From Candidatus Saccharimonadota bacterium (GTDB lineage Bacteria; Patescibacteriota; Saccharimonadia; Saccharimonadales; Saccharimonadaceae), in the NCBI GenBank assembly GCA_020160975.1, contig JAIUPJ010000001.1:720001-752000 (forward strand): a stretch of 32,000 nt of DNA, read 5' to 3'. The translations under genes and the position numbers were made by a program. The first letter of the stretch is position 1, and each line of letters begins with the position of its first letter. Below, one piece after another: positions 1-7,449 of the stretch. The notes under the pieces are model-generated. The model did no database searches. It had not been told where the DNA came from and saw nothing but the letters and a program-made list of their open reading frames with translations.

Positions 1-1743
1 CAAATAAGTCGGGGTACTGGAGTGCTAACGGTTGACGTGGCTTCGCACCTGGAAGCAGTGATGCAATTGGTCGAAACCTTTGGAAGCGGCGGTCGTCAAA
101 ACGTCGCGCTAATTGGTAAAGAAGGCGTGGGCAAGACGACAATTATTCATGCCTTTGCTGCTCGGTTGCTCGACGCCGACGAGATACTGCCCGACTCTCT
201 CCGCTTTCGTCAAGTGTTTCTGCTTGATGCCGCAGCGCTGATTGCTGCCGCGCCGGGACGAGGCGAACTGGAAGGGCTTGTGACACGTGTGCTCGGCGAG
301 GCGCACCGGGCAAAAAACATTATCATTTGTCTTGATAACGCCCAGCTGTTTTTTGAAGAGGGTGTAGGGTCGGTTGATCTAGCCAATGTCTTGCAGCCAA
401 TTCTTGATGCCGGCAGCCTGCGCATCATTCTCTCTATGGACGAGCAACGATTTTTGCAAATCAGCCAGCGAAACCCTGGACTGGTGAATGTGCTTAATCG
501 TGTAAATGTCGCACCTGCGAGCGAGACCGAGACAAAGACCGTCATGCAGGAGCAGTTGATTTTGATGGAAGTGCAGCGCCACGTCACCTATATGTACCAG
601 GCAATCAAAGAGGCCTATCGTCTCGGCGAGCGCTATGTACACGACCTCGAGATGCCGGGGCGCGCGCTGAAGCTGCTTGAATCAGCAGCAAGCTACAGCG
701 AGTCAGGACTCGTAACGATGAATTCAGTTCAGCAAGCAATCGAGAAAACACTTGATGTTAAGGTGAGTGTGGCAAGTAGCACCGAGGATCGAGAAAAACT
801 GCTCAACATGGAAGAGTTGATCCATCAACGCATGGTCAACCAAACACGTGCGGTCAGTGTGGTCAGTGATGCGCTACGTCGCGCGCGGGCAGGGGTGAGA
901 AATGAGAATCGGCCAATCGGTACGTTCCTGTTTCTCGGGCCGACGGGCGTAGGGAAAACCGAGCTCAGCAAAGCACTTGCTGACGTGTATTTCGGTGGGG
1001 AAGAGCGAATAATTCGCATTGATCTCAACGAGTTCGTGCGCGCAGAGGACGTGTCTCGGCTGATTCGTGATGGCGCCCAAGACCCCACGAGTTTGACCGC
1101 ACAGGTCATGAAACAGCCGTTTAGTGTTGTGTTGCTCGATGAAATCGAAAAAGCGGCGCCAGAAGTGCTTGCGACGCTGTTGCAGTTGCTCGACGAAGGC
1201 ATCCTGCGCGACGAGAAAAATCGCGAAGTGAGCTTTCGCGATGCCATCGTGATTGCCACTAGTAATGCTGGGGCTGATCGCATCAGAGAGTATATCGAAC
1301 GGGGCATGGAGGTTGCTAAGTTTGAGGACGCATTTATCGACGAGTTGATCAGCAGTAATCAATTTCGTCCGGAATTTTTGAACCGGTTTGATGAGATTGT
1401 GGTCTTTCGTCCATTTACGAAGCCAGAGTTAGTGCAAGTGTGCGATTTGATCTTGGCGAGTGTCAATAAAACCCTCGCAGTTCAAAAGGTATCAGTCGAG
1501 GTAGAGCCTGCAGCAAAACAGCTTCTGGTTGAACAGGGCTATGATCCACGGTTAGGCGCGCGACCGATGCGTCGAGTGGTGCAAAAAGCCGTTGAAAACA
1601 CTGTAGCAAAACAAATGCTCAGTGGAAGCGTTGCGTCTGGCGACACGATTACTATTACCGAGGCGCAAGTTGCGCAGGTTTTTGGTATCGAGGCAGGTCA
1701 TATGGGAGGAGACTCGCCCGTGACGCCGCCCCCTGGTGTATAA
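1..1743 (+). CDS. Clp/Hsp100-family AAA+ ATPase with two nucleotide-binding domains (ClpA/B/C-like), 5' end cut by window edge
   Basis: The frame of ORF 22..1743 stays open back to nt 1. Two P-loops are present: GKEGVGKTT (about aa 32) and GPTGVGKTE (about aa 305). There is a Walker B LLDEIEKA and GARPMRR near the C-terminus. The first P-loop lies only about 30 aa into the ORF, whereas family members have a roughly 200-aa N-domain, so the gene continues upstream of the window. Confidence 0.9.
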   Translation, partial: QISRGTGVLTVDVASHLEAVMQLVETFGSGGRQNVALIGKEGVGKTTIIHAFAARLLDADEILPDSLRFRQVFLLDAAALIAAAPGRGELEGLVTRVLGEAHRAKNIIICLDNAQLFFEEGVGSVDLANVLQPILDAGSLRIILSMDEQRFLQISQRNPGLVNVLNRVNVAPASETETKTVMQEQLILMEVQRHVTYMYQAIKEAYRLGERYVHDLEMPGRALKLLESAASYSESGLVTMNSVQQAIEKTLDVKVSVASSTEDREKLLNMEELIHQRMVNQTRAVSVVSDALRRARAGVRNENRPIGTFLFLGPTGVGKTELSKALADVYFGGEERIIRIDLNEFVRAEDVSRLIRDGAQDPTSLTAQVMKQPFSVVLLDEIEKAAPEVLATLLQLLDEGILRDEKNREVSFRDAIVIATSNAGADRIREYIERGMEVAKFEDAFIDELISSNQFRPEFLNRFDEIVVFRPFTKPELVQVCDLILASVNKTLAVQKVSVEVEPAAKQLLVEQGYDPRLGARPMRRVVQKAVENTVAKQMLSGSVASGDTITITEAQVAQVFGIEAGHMGGDSPVTPPPGV

Positions 1744-1773
1744 TAGTGCGATACGACTAAGAGGATTTTTCTG

Positions 1774-2619
1774 ATGGCGAACTGGGATGATATCAGCAGT
1801 GAAGGCAATGTCGAAGACCGACGGGGTACCACGCCAGCGATTGCATTTGCCGGTGGTGGGGGCATTATCGCACTCCTGTTAACGCTTGGGCTTAATTTTT
1901 TGGGACTTAGTGTCGACCCCTCGACTGTTGAATCGGTGCTCAATACTGTACAGTCCCTCAATGCCGGACAAGCAACACAGGTAGAGCAGCCGCCAGAGTA
2001 CAAAGGAAACGATAGTTACGAAGTATTTACAAAAAAAGTTCTCGGATCGACTGATGACACATGGACTGGCGTGTTTCAGCGCAATGGTTTGACCTACGCT
2101 AAACCGCGCCTCGTGCTGTTTCGCGACGCTACGCAGTCGGGCTGCGGATTGGCAACCACACAGGTGGGGCCGCATTTTTGTCCAGAGGACGACACGATTT
2201 ATCTCGATGAGACATTTTTTGACGAGCTACACACCCGATTTGGCAGCGATGTTGGGAAGGTAGCGCAAGCCTATGTGATTGCACATGAGGTGGGGCACAA
2301 TGTTCAAAAGCAGCTCGGTGTGTTTGATAATGGTCCTGTTAGCACCGCTAGTGAATCAGTTGATGTCGAACTACAGGCAGACTGTTATGCTGGTGTTTGG
2401 GCGTATACCCAAGCCAAGAATGGTTTGTTCGTAGATGGTGATATCGATCAAGCGCTGAGCGCCGCCGCCGCGGTAGGCGACGATCACATCCAGGAAGTAA
2501 CGCAGGGGTATTCAAACCCAGAGACATGGACGCATGGGAGTAGCGCCGAGCGAGTCAATGCATTTAAGGTCGGCTATACTACAGGACAGCCTGGTAAGTG
2601 TACAAACCTCCAACAATAG
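1774..2619 (+). CDS. ypfJ: YpfJ-family putative neutral zinc metallopeptidase
   Basis: N-terminal SSEGNVEDRRG motif, then a hydrophobic segment (AIAFAGGGGIIALLLTLGLNFL), then the HExxH site HEVGHNVQ. This matches the layout I recall for E. coli YpfJ / Pfam Zn_peptidase. Confidence 0.85.
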   Translation: MANWDDISSEGNVEDRRGTTPAIAFAGGGGIIALLLTLGLNFLGLSVDPSTVESVLNTVQSLNAGQATQVEQPPEYKGNDSYEVFTKKVLGSTDDTWTGVFQRNGLTYAKPRLVLFRDATQSGCGLATTQVGPHFCPEDDTIYLDETFFDELHTRFGSDVGKVAQAYVIAHEVGHNVQKQLGVFDNGPVSTASESVDVELQADCYAGVWAYTQAKNGLFVDGDIDQALSAAAAVGDDHIQEVTQGYSNPETWTHGSSAERVNAFKVGYTTGQPGKCTNLQQ

Positions 2620-2640
2620 CGTATAGTAGGGTGAATAGTA

Positions 2641-2745
2641 ATGATTGGAGTCACTATGGCAAAACATCGAAATTGGCATGGTGCTGATATTAAGCGAAAG
2701 CGAAAATTGAAGCTAAAAGCCGAAAAGAAAAAACGAGCTCTCTAG
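2641..2745 (+). CDS. possible small basic peptide (34 aa, or 29 aa from ATG 2656)
   Basis: Below the ORF-track cutoff. Hand translation gives MIGVTMAKHRNWHGADIKRKRKLKLKAEKKKRAL. The stop TAG (2743-2745) lies inside a strong terminator hairpin. It may be non-coding. Confidence 0.25.
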   Translation: MIGVTMAKHRNWHGADIKRKRKLKLKAEKKKRAL

Positions 2746-2756
2746 AGCTCGTTTTT
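2731..2756. terminator. rho-independent terminator hairpin
   Basis: AAACGAGCTC-tcta-GAGCTCGTTT, a 10-bp perfect stem flanked by an A-run and a T-run. It lies between plus-strand genes and minus-strand tRNAs. Confidence 0.7.
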
Positions 2757-2826
2757 ATTATTATGGTGGATCGATACTTTAATTGTAGATTAACAAAAAA
2801 GTCTATGCATACGCATAAACTCTTTA

Positions 2827-2903
2827 TGGTGCCCCGAGGTGGATTCGAACCACCGACCTTAGGCTTAGAAGTCCTCTGCTCTATCCAGCTGAGCTATCAG
2901 GGC
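2827..2903 (-). tRNA. tRNA-Arg (anticodon TCT)
   Basis: The reverse complement folds as a 77-nt cloverleaf: GCCCTGA TA GCTC AGCTGGATA GAGC A GAGGA CTTCTAA GCCTA AGGTC GGTGG TTCGAAT CCACC TCGGGGC A CCA. The anticodon stem has only 3 central Watson-Crick pairs. Confidence 0.85.
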
Positions 2904-2951
2904 GACGTTTCTATTGTAACAAAAACACCTCACTGTGAGGTGAATGTGCTA

Positions 2952-3026
2952 TGGTGCGGGTGCGGAGAGTCGAACTCCGATCACCAGTTTGGAAAACTGG
3001 GATAATAACCGCTATACGACACCCGC
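2952..3026 (-). tRNA. tRNA-Gly (anticodon TCC)
   Basis: The reverse complement reads GCGGGTG...CCAGT TTTCCAA ACTGG...GGAGTTCGACTCTCC GCACCCGC A CCA, 75 nt. Anticodon loop is TT-TCC-AA and CCA is encoded. Confidence 0.9.
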
Positions 3027-3053
3027 GTAGAACTTTCATATTGTACCATTTTT

Positions 3054-3443
3054 ATGGCTTATAATAAAAGCATGGGGCTACTCTCTCGTTTCAATAAGCT
3101 AGACTCTACTCCTATGCATAGCAGCGGCTTCGCGGCTGCTAACGATGGAAGCGACAAGGCGCTTGGTGCTATGCGCCACGAATCATTCGAACAGCGTCTC
3201 CAAATCGAAAGTAATCGTACGCATATCAAGTCGTACCGTGATTCCAGTTTAGCACAGCAATCCCTACGACCACCGCTCACCAGTAAAGTACCCGAGCGCG
3301 CACAAACTTCAGCTCCAGCGACGCGTATTGATATCGTCAAACCTAGCCGCCAGCAAGTGAATGCGCAAATGATCAGCCGACCAACGGTATACAAAGCAAA
3401 CTTCTCGGAACCCAAGCCGCGAGGGTTTAATCCATATTCGTAA
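3054..3443 (+). CDS. hypothetical Ser/Gln/Arg/Pro-rich protein
   Basis: 129-aa ORF between oppositely oriented tRNA genes. No clear Shine-Dalgarno and no recognisable motifs. The competing minus ORF 3059..3610 runs through tRNA-His and is spurious. Confidence 0.4.
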   Translation: MAYNKSMGLLSRFNKLDSTPMHSSGFAAANDGSDKALGAMRHESFEQRLQIESNRTHIKSYRDSSLAQQSLRPPLTSKVPERAQTSAPATRIDIVKPSRQQVNAQMISRPTVYKANFSEPKPRGFNPYS

Positions 3444-3526
3444 CTAGGATGGTTCGAGGAAAACTGAAAAATTTGTTTGTTTATGATGAGGTTCGCCCAC
3501 GACCTTGGGCATGAGTTTGACCCCCG

Positions 3527-3569
3527 CCCATATAAAATCCCGAGGACAAGCCTCGGGATTTTATATGGG
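3527..3569. terminator. 19-bp perfect hairpin just 3' of tRNA-His, overlapping its CCA end
   Basis: CCCATATAAAATCCCGAGG-acaag-CCTCGGGATTTTATATGGG. The right arm includes the tRNA discriminator and CCA (3566-3569). Confidence 0.6.
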
Positions 3570-3643
3570 GCGAATGATGGGGTTCGAACCCACGGCCTCC
3601 GGTGCCACAAACCAGCGCTCTAACCAACTGAGCTACATCCGCC
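3566..3643 (-). tRNA. tRNA-His (anticodon GTG) with genome-encoded G-1
   Basis: The reverse complement reads G-GCGGATG TA GCTC AGTTGGTTA GAGC G CTGGT TTGTGGC ACCGG ... GTGGG TTCGAAC CCCAT CATTCGC C CCA. The extra 5' G pairs with discriminator C, which is the His identity feature. Confidence 0.9.
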
Positions 3644-3678
3644 ATCTAGCAAAAACGTAATGTACGTGGCAGTACCTA

Positions 3679-3697
3679 CAGTTGGTGAGAGCGCTGG
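3679..3697 (+). repeat. inverted partial copy of the tRNA-His D-arm/anticodon-stem segment
   Basis: The plus strand reads CAGTTGGTgAGAGCGCTGG, matching tRNA-His sense CAGTTGGTTAGAGCGCTGG at 18 of 19 positions. Its orientation is opposite to the intact gene. Confidence 0.6.
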
Positions 3698-3732
3698 CGC
3701 TTGATATATCAACTCGCCTTCGGCTCGGACAG

Positions 3733-3753
3733 CAACTGAGCTACATCCGCCAT
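3733..3753 (-). repeat. exact 21-nt duplicate of the tRNA-His 5' end
   Basis: caactgagctacatccgccat occurs at 3625-3645, inside and just 5' of the tRNA, and again at 3733-3753. Confidence 0.8.
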
Positions 3754-3806
3754 ATAAACAAATGTGACTAACAAAGTATATCAGGTAAGAGTTGATTTGT
3801 CATCTG

Positions 3807-5354
3807 TTATGCCCAAGTGGTTTCGATATCAGCGCCAAGCGAGTTGAGGCGGTTTGCGATATCCTCATAGCCACGGTTGATGCTGTAGACATCGCGCAGG
3901 ACTGATTTGCCCGGTGCCGCAATCATCGCCAGGAGAATGACAACGCTAGGGCGCAGAGCCGCTGGCGCAGTGATGTCGGCTGCTTTCCAGCGGGTTGGAC
4001 CGGTGATATAAACGCGGTGTGGGTCGACCATTTCGATTGATGCATTAAGTTTTGATAGCTCAGTGAAGTAAATTGCGCGGTTTTCATAACTCCAGTCGTG
4101 GATCAGCGTTCTACCCTTAGCAACAGTCGCGCAGAGTCCGAGAAACGGCAGATTGTCCATATTGATGCCAGGGAAAGGCAGGGCATGGATCTTATCTTTT
4201 GGGGCGGTGAGTGTCGACTTTTTGAGTGTGATATCGACAAGACGCGTCTGGCCGTTGCGAGCTGGGTATTCGTCGGTCATGGTATATTCAAGCCCCATGC
4301 CCTCTAGTGTCGCCATCTCCCATTCCATAAATTCAATCGGGACGCGTTTTACAGTGATTTCAGAATTCGTCACGACACCAGCTGCAACAAAACTCATTGC
4401 CTCGATTGGGTCTTCGCTCGGGTAGTACTCGATCGTCTTGTTAATTGATTTTACGCCGTGGATTTTTAGTACCGTCGTACCTATGCCCTCGATTTTGACG
4501 CCGAGCTTTTGCAAAAAGAAACAGACATCTTGCACCATATAGTTCGGGCTGGCATTGCGGATGGTGACTTCGCCATCGTAGAGTGCAGCGGCCATGATGA
4601 CATTTTCGGTGACTGTGTCGCCACGCTCAGCCAGAAAGATCGACTTCTCAATTTTCTTGCTCGCGGTGGTTGCTAGATAGCGATCAGAGGTTGCGACGAC
4701 ATGTAGCCCAAATGGTGCGAGCCCTGTCATATGAGGCTCCACTGTGCGCGTGCCCAAACTGCAACCACCGGCAAACGGCAGACTAAAGTGGCTGTATTGG
4801 TGCATCAATGGCCCGAGGAACATAATGACCGTGCGGGTTTTTTTGGCGGCCTCGATATCCATCTTGTCGAGTTTGAGAGTTTTCGGAGGGATGATTTCGA
4901 GATCGTTGTTTGAAAGCCAGCGGCATTTGACTCCGATACTTTCGAGCACTTCAATGATGCGGTTTACTTCTTCGATGCGCGCAACCCGACGCAGGGTAGT
5001 TTTGCCTTTGTTGAGGAGTGCGGCGCAGAGGAGCCCCACCGCTGCATTTTTGCTGGTCTTCACCTCGATTTCACCCGTTAGTGGGCGACCGCCATTGATA
5101 ACAAAGTTATTTTTGCCTGACTCATTGAGCCGGACGATTTCGCTACTAAGCACTTCGCCGATCCGTGCGATCATCTCAAGACTGATATTTTGTCCACCCT
5201 TCTCAATGCGGTTAATCGCACTTTGGCTGGTGCCGAGTGCGGTCGCGAGTTCGGCCTGTGTTAAACCTCTTGCTTGCCGTGTTTCTTGTACTAGCGTGCC
5301 GATATTCTTCAGATATTTTGCGGTGCCCATATAAATAAACACTATACCTCTCAT
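3807..5354 (-). CDS. murA: UDP-N-acetylglucosamine 1-carboxyvinyltransferase (MurA) with an N-terminal XRE-type helix-turn-helix domain
   Basis: N-terminal LTQAELATALGTSQSAINRIEKG is a Cro/C1-type HTH. The remaining roughly 430 aa are MurA/EPSP-fold (KTSKNAAVGLLCAALL; active-site region PFAGGCSLGTRTVEPH with the catalytic Cys retained). The start is probably ATG 5330 (MGTAKYL...), because TTGACA (5367-5362) and TATAGT (5346-5341) lie just upstream, leaving a very short leader. Confidence 0.9.
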   Translation of the reverse strand: MRGIVFIYMGTAKYLKNIGTLVQETRQARGLTQAELATALGTSQSAINRIEKGGQNISLEMIARIGEVLSSEIVRLNESGKNNFVINGGRPLTGEIEVKTSKNAAVGLLCAALLNKGKTTLRRVARIEEVNRIIEVLESIGVKCRWLSNNDLEIIPPKTLKLDKMDIEAAKKTRTVIMFLGPLMHQYSHFSLPFAGGCSLGTRTVEPHMTGLAPFGLHVVATSDRYLATTASKKIEKSIFLAERGDTVTENVIMAAALYDGEVTIRNASPNYMVQDVCFFLQKLGVKIEGIGTTVLKIHGVKSINKTIEYYPSEDPIEAMSFVAAGVVTNSEITVKRVPIEFMEWEMATLEGMGLEYTMTDEYPARNGQTRLVDITLKKSTLTAPKDKIHALPFPGINMDNLPFLGLCATVAKGRTLIHDWSYENRAIYFTELSKLNASIEMVDPHRVYITGPTRWKAADITAPAALRPSVVILLAMIAAPGKSVLRDVYSINRGYEDIANRLNSLGADIETTWA

Positions 5355-5476
5355 GATATATTGTCAAGTTATAATATACCTAAGTTTCGAGACACCGATA
5401 CTAAATGGGGTATAATATTTGTATGATCTAATCAACTCTTCATCTTGACCAATACCAACCCTAAAGGAGATACTTT

Positions 5477-6736
5477 ATGAATGATGAAGATGTGATGCAA
5501 CTTATCGCCGCCGAAGAACAGCGACAGAAAAATGGATTAGAATTGATTCCGAGCGAAAACTATGTAAGCGCGCCAGTACTGCGTGCGCTGGGCAGTGTCT
5601 TTACAAACAAGTATTCAGAAGGCTATCCTGGCCGCAGGTATTATGGCGGTCAAGAATTTACCGACAAGGTTGAACAGTTGGCGATCGATCGCGCCAAGCA
5701 GCTATTTCATGCCGATCACGCCAATGTACAGCCCCATAGCGGCGCTCCCGCAAATGAAGCAGTGTATAGCGCATGGTGCGAACCAGGTGATACGATTCTG
5801 GCGATGGATCTTAGCCATGGTGGGCACTTGACTCATGGCGCTCCTGTGACACGAAGCGCACGACTCTACAATTTTATTCCGTACAAAATGAAAAATGTTG
5901 CGACCGGAGAGATCGATTATGACGAACTAAGACGTCTTGCTCATGAGTACAAACCTAAGATTATCCTGGCAGGCTTTAGCGCATATCCTCGCGAGCTTGA
6001 TTATGGTAAATTTGCTGAAATAGGTCGAGAAGTAGGAGCCCTCCTAATGGCAGATGTTGCGCACGTCGCAGGGCTTATTGCGGGAGGTGTAGCCGAGAAT
6101 CCGCTCGATCATGGGTTTCATGTGATGACCACAACCACGCATAAGACACTTCGAGGGCCTCGTGGTGGGCTGATTTTGACAAAAGGTGTTGCGGGAAATC
6201 CACTAAAGGCTCCAGAAAAAGTGCTTGAGAATATTCCTACCCTCATCGACCGGTCGGTATTTCCTGGCATGCAAGGCGGGCCACACATGAATACGATTGC
6301 TGCAAAAGCAGTCGCGCTGGGCGAGGCGCTACGTCCTGAATTTGCTCAGTACGCACAGCAGATTGTGCGAAATGCAGCATGCTTGGCAGACGAAATGAAA
6401 GCACAAGGATTTCATTTAGTAACGGGCGGAACGAGTAACCATTTAATTCTTGCAGATGTACATTCGAGTTTTGGTATTGACGGGAAAGTAGCACAAACAG
6501 CTCTCGATAAGATCGGATTATCGCTAAATGCGAATGCGATCCCTGACGATCCATTACCAATGTTTGCTCCTAGTGGCATACGTCTAGGCACCCCTGCGCT
6601 CACTACGCGCGGATTAGGCGAAAAGCATATGCCCATGGTGGCAGCCTGGATGAGGCAAGCGATTGATGCGCGTGACGATGAAGGTGAGTTGCAGCGACTG
6701 AAAAACCAGGTTCAGCAGTTTCTCGAAGATTTTTAA
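5477..6736 (+). CDS. glyA: serine hydroxymethyltransferase
   Basis: LELIPSENYVS, NKYSEGYPGRRYYGG and TTTTHKTLRGPRGG (PLP-lysine region). AAGGAG lies 7 nt upstream of the ATG. Confidence 0.97.
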   Translation: MNDEDVMQLIAAEEQRQKNGLELIPSENYVSAPVLRALGSVFTNKYSEGYPGRRYYGGQEFTDKVEQLAIDRAKQLFHADHANVQPHSGAPANEAVYSAWCEPGDTILAMDLSHGGHLTHGAPVTRSARLYNFIPYKMKNVATGEIDYDELRRLAHEYKPKIILAGFSAYPRELDYGKFAEIGREVGALLMADVAHVAGLIAGGVAENPLDHGFHVMTTTTHKTLRGPRGGLILTKGVAGNPLKAPEKVLENIPTLIDRSVFPGMQGGPHMNTIAAKAVALGEALRPEFAQYAQQIVRNAACLADEMKAQGFHLVTGGTSNHLILADVHSSFGIDGKVAQTALDKIGLSLNANAIPDDPLPMFAPSGIRLGTPALTTRGLGEKHMPMVAAWMRQAIDARDDEGELQRLKNQVQQFLEDF

Positions 6737-6835
6737 TGCTTGTGCTCGCAATGCTGTTTTCAATACAATTCATGATGATTACTTATGTGAACGCAGACGG
6801 AATAGCTAGACTTAGTTAGAGCTCGGCTAGAAACA

Positions 6836-6865
6836 AATCAATAGGCGCCTTCGCGCCTATTGATT
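6836..6865. terminator. bidirectional terminator hairpin between glyA and the pilin gene
   Basis: AATCAATAGGCGC-cttc-GCGCCTATTGATT, a 13-bp perfect stem. Confidence 0.7.
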
Positions 6866-6886
6866 AAGTGAGTTTAAGTTGTTAGC

Positions 6887-7378
6887 TTATGCGCAGGTTG
6901 TTTGACTTGTACCAATATTTATGGTTACTAGTCCAGCTCCGCCTGATCTGTTTACGTCGTAGTAAACAACACGCGCACCTGCACCTGTGTCACACATATA
7001 GTATCGGACAGTCTTTTCGTCGGTTGGGTCAGTGCCCCTTAATGCAGCTTTCGTTGATGTGTCAAGGAGAGCTTCGTTACCGACGGCATTTGCTGGTGTG
7101 CCAGCGGAACATGTGGTGTAAGGCGCTGTGCCCGTTGAGTCAGTCCGTCCTTCTCTAAATTGACAAAATGCTCCGTATGTGCTAGCAACCGTATTATATG
7201 CTTCGGCTTTTTTAGCAACGTTATTCGCTAATGCTTGAGCGGCGCTTGATTTCGCTCGATTTTGAATTCCATTGTACGCAACGATAGTGATAGCTGCAAG
7301 GATTGCGATGACGACGACAACGATGAGAAGCTCAACGATGGTGAAACCGCTTTGTTTAACTTTGTTTTGTAAGGTCAT
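6887..7378 (-). CDS. pilA: type IV (major-type) pilin
   Basis: Prepilin leader MTLQNKVKQSG followed by FTIVELLIVVVVIAILAAI (G/F cleavage site, Glu5). 163 aa with C-terminal Cys residues. GGGGG Shine-Dalgarno, plus its own promoter and terminator. Confidence 0.85.
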   Translation of the reverse strand: MTLQNKVKQSGFTIVELLIVVVVIAILAAITIVAYNGIQNRAKSSAAQALANNVAKKAEAYNTVASTYGAFCQFREGRTDSTGTAPYTTCSAGTPANAVGNEALLDTSTKAALRGTDPTDEKTVRYYMCDTGAGARVVYYDVNRSGGAGLVTINIGTSQTTCA

Positions 7379-7416
7379 TTAGGTGCCCCCTAATTATTTT
7401 GTTACTTTATGAATGT

Positions 7417-7445
7417 ATCATACTATAGCGCTTGAGCTTGTGCAA
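7417..7445 (-). promoter_or_regulatory. putative sigma70-type promoter for the pilin gene
   Basis: The minus strand reads TTGCAC-17 nt-TATGAT, about 35 nt upstream of the ATG. Confidence 0.4.
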
Positions 7446-7449
7446 GCAA

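Noticed and set aside
2763-3610. ORFs 2763..3005 (+) and 3059..3610 (-) overlapping tRNA genes; likewise 11933..12205, 13597..13857 and 28357..28635
   Set aside because: They run through tRNA genes and contain the characteristic GFEPPT / SIQLSY-type translations of tRNA sequence. They are not real genes.
4744-5334. 196-aa plus-strand ORF antisense to murA
   Set aside because: It lies entirely within the well-supported murA frame and has a low-complexity Ser/Leu/Arg composition.
6737-6835. 21-codon ORF (MLFSIQFMMITYVNADGIARLS) after glyA
   Set aside because: No Shine-Dalgarno and very short. It lies between the glyA stop and the terminator.
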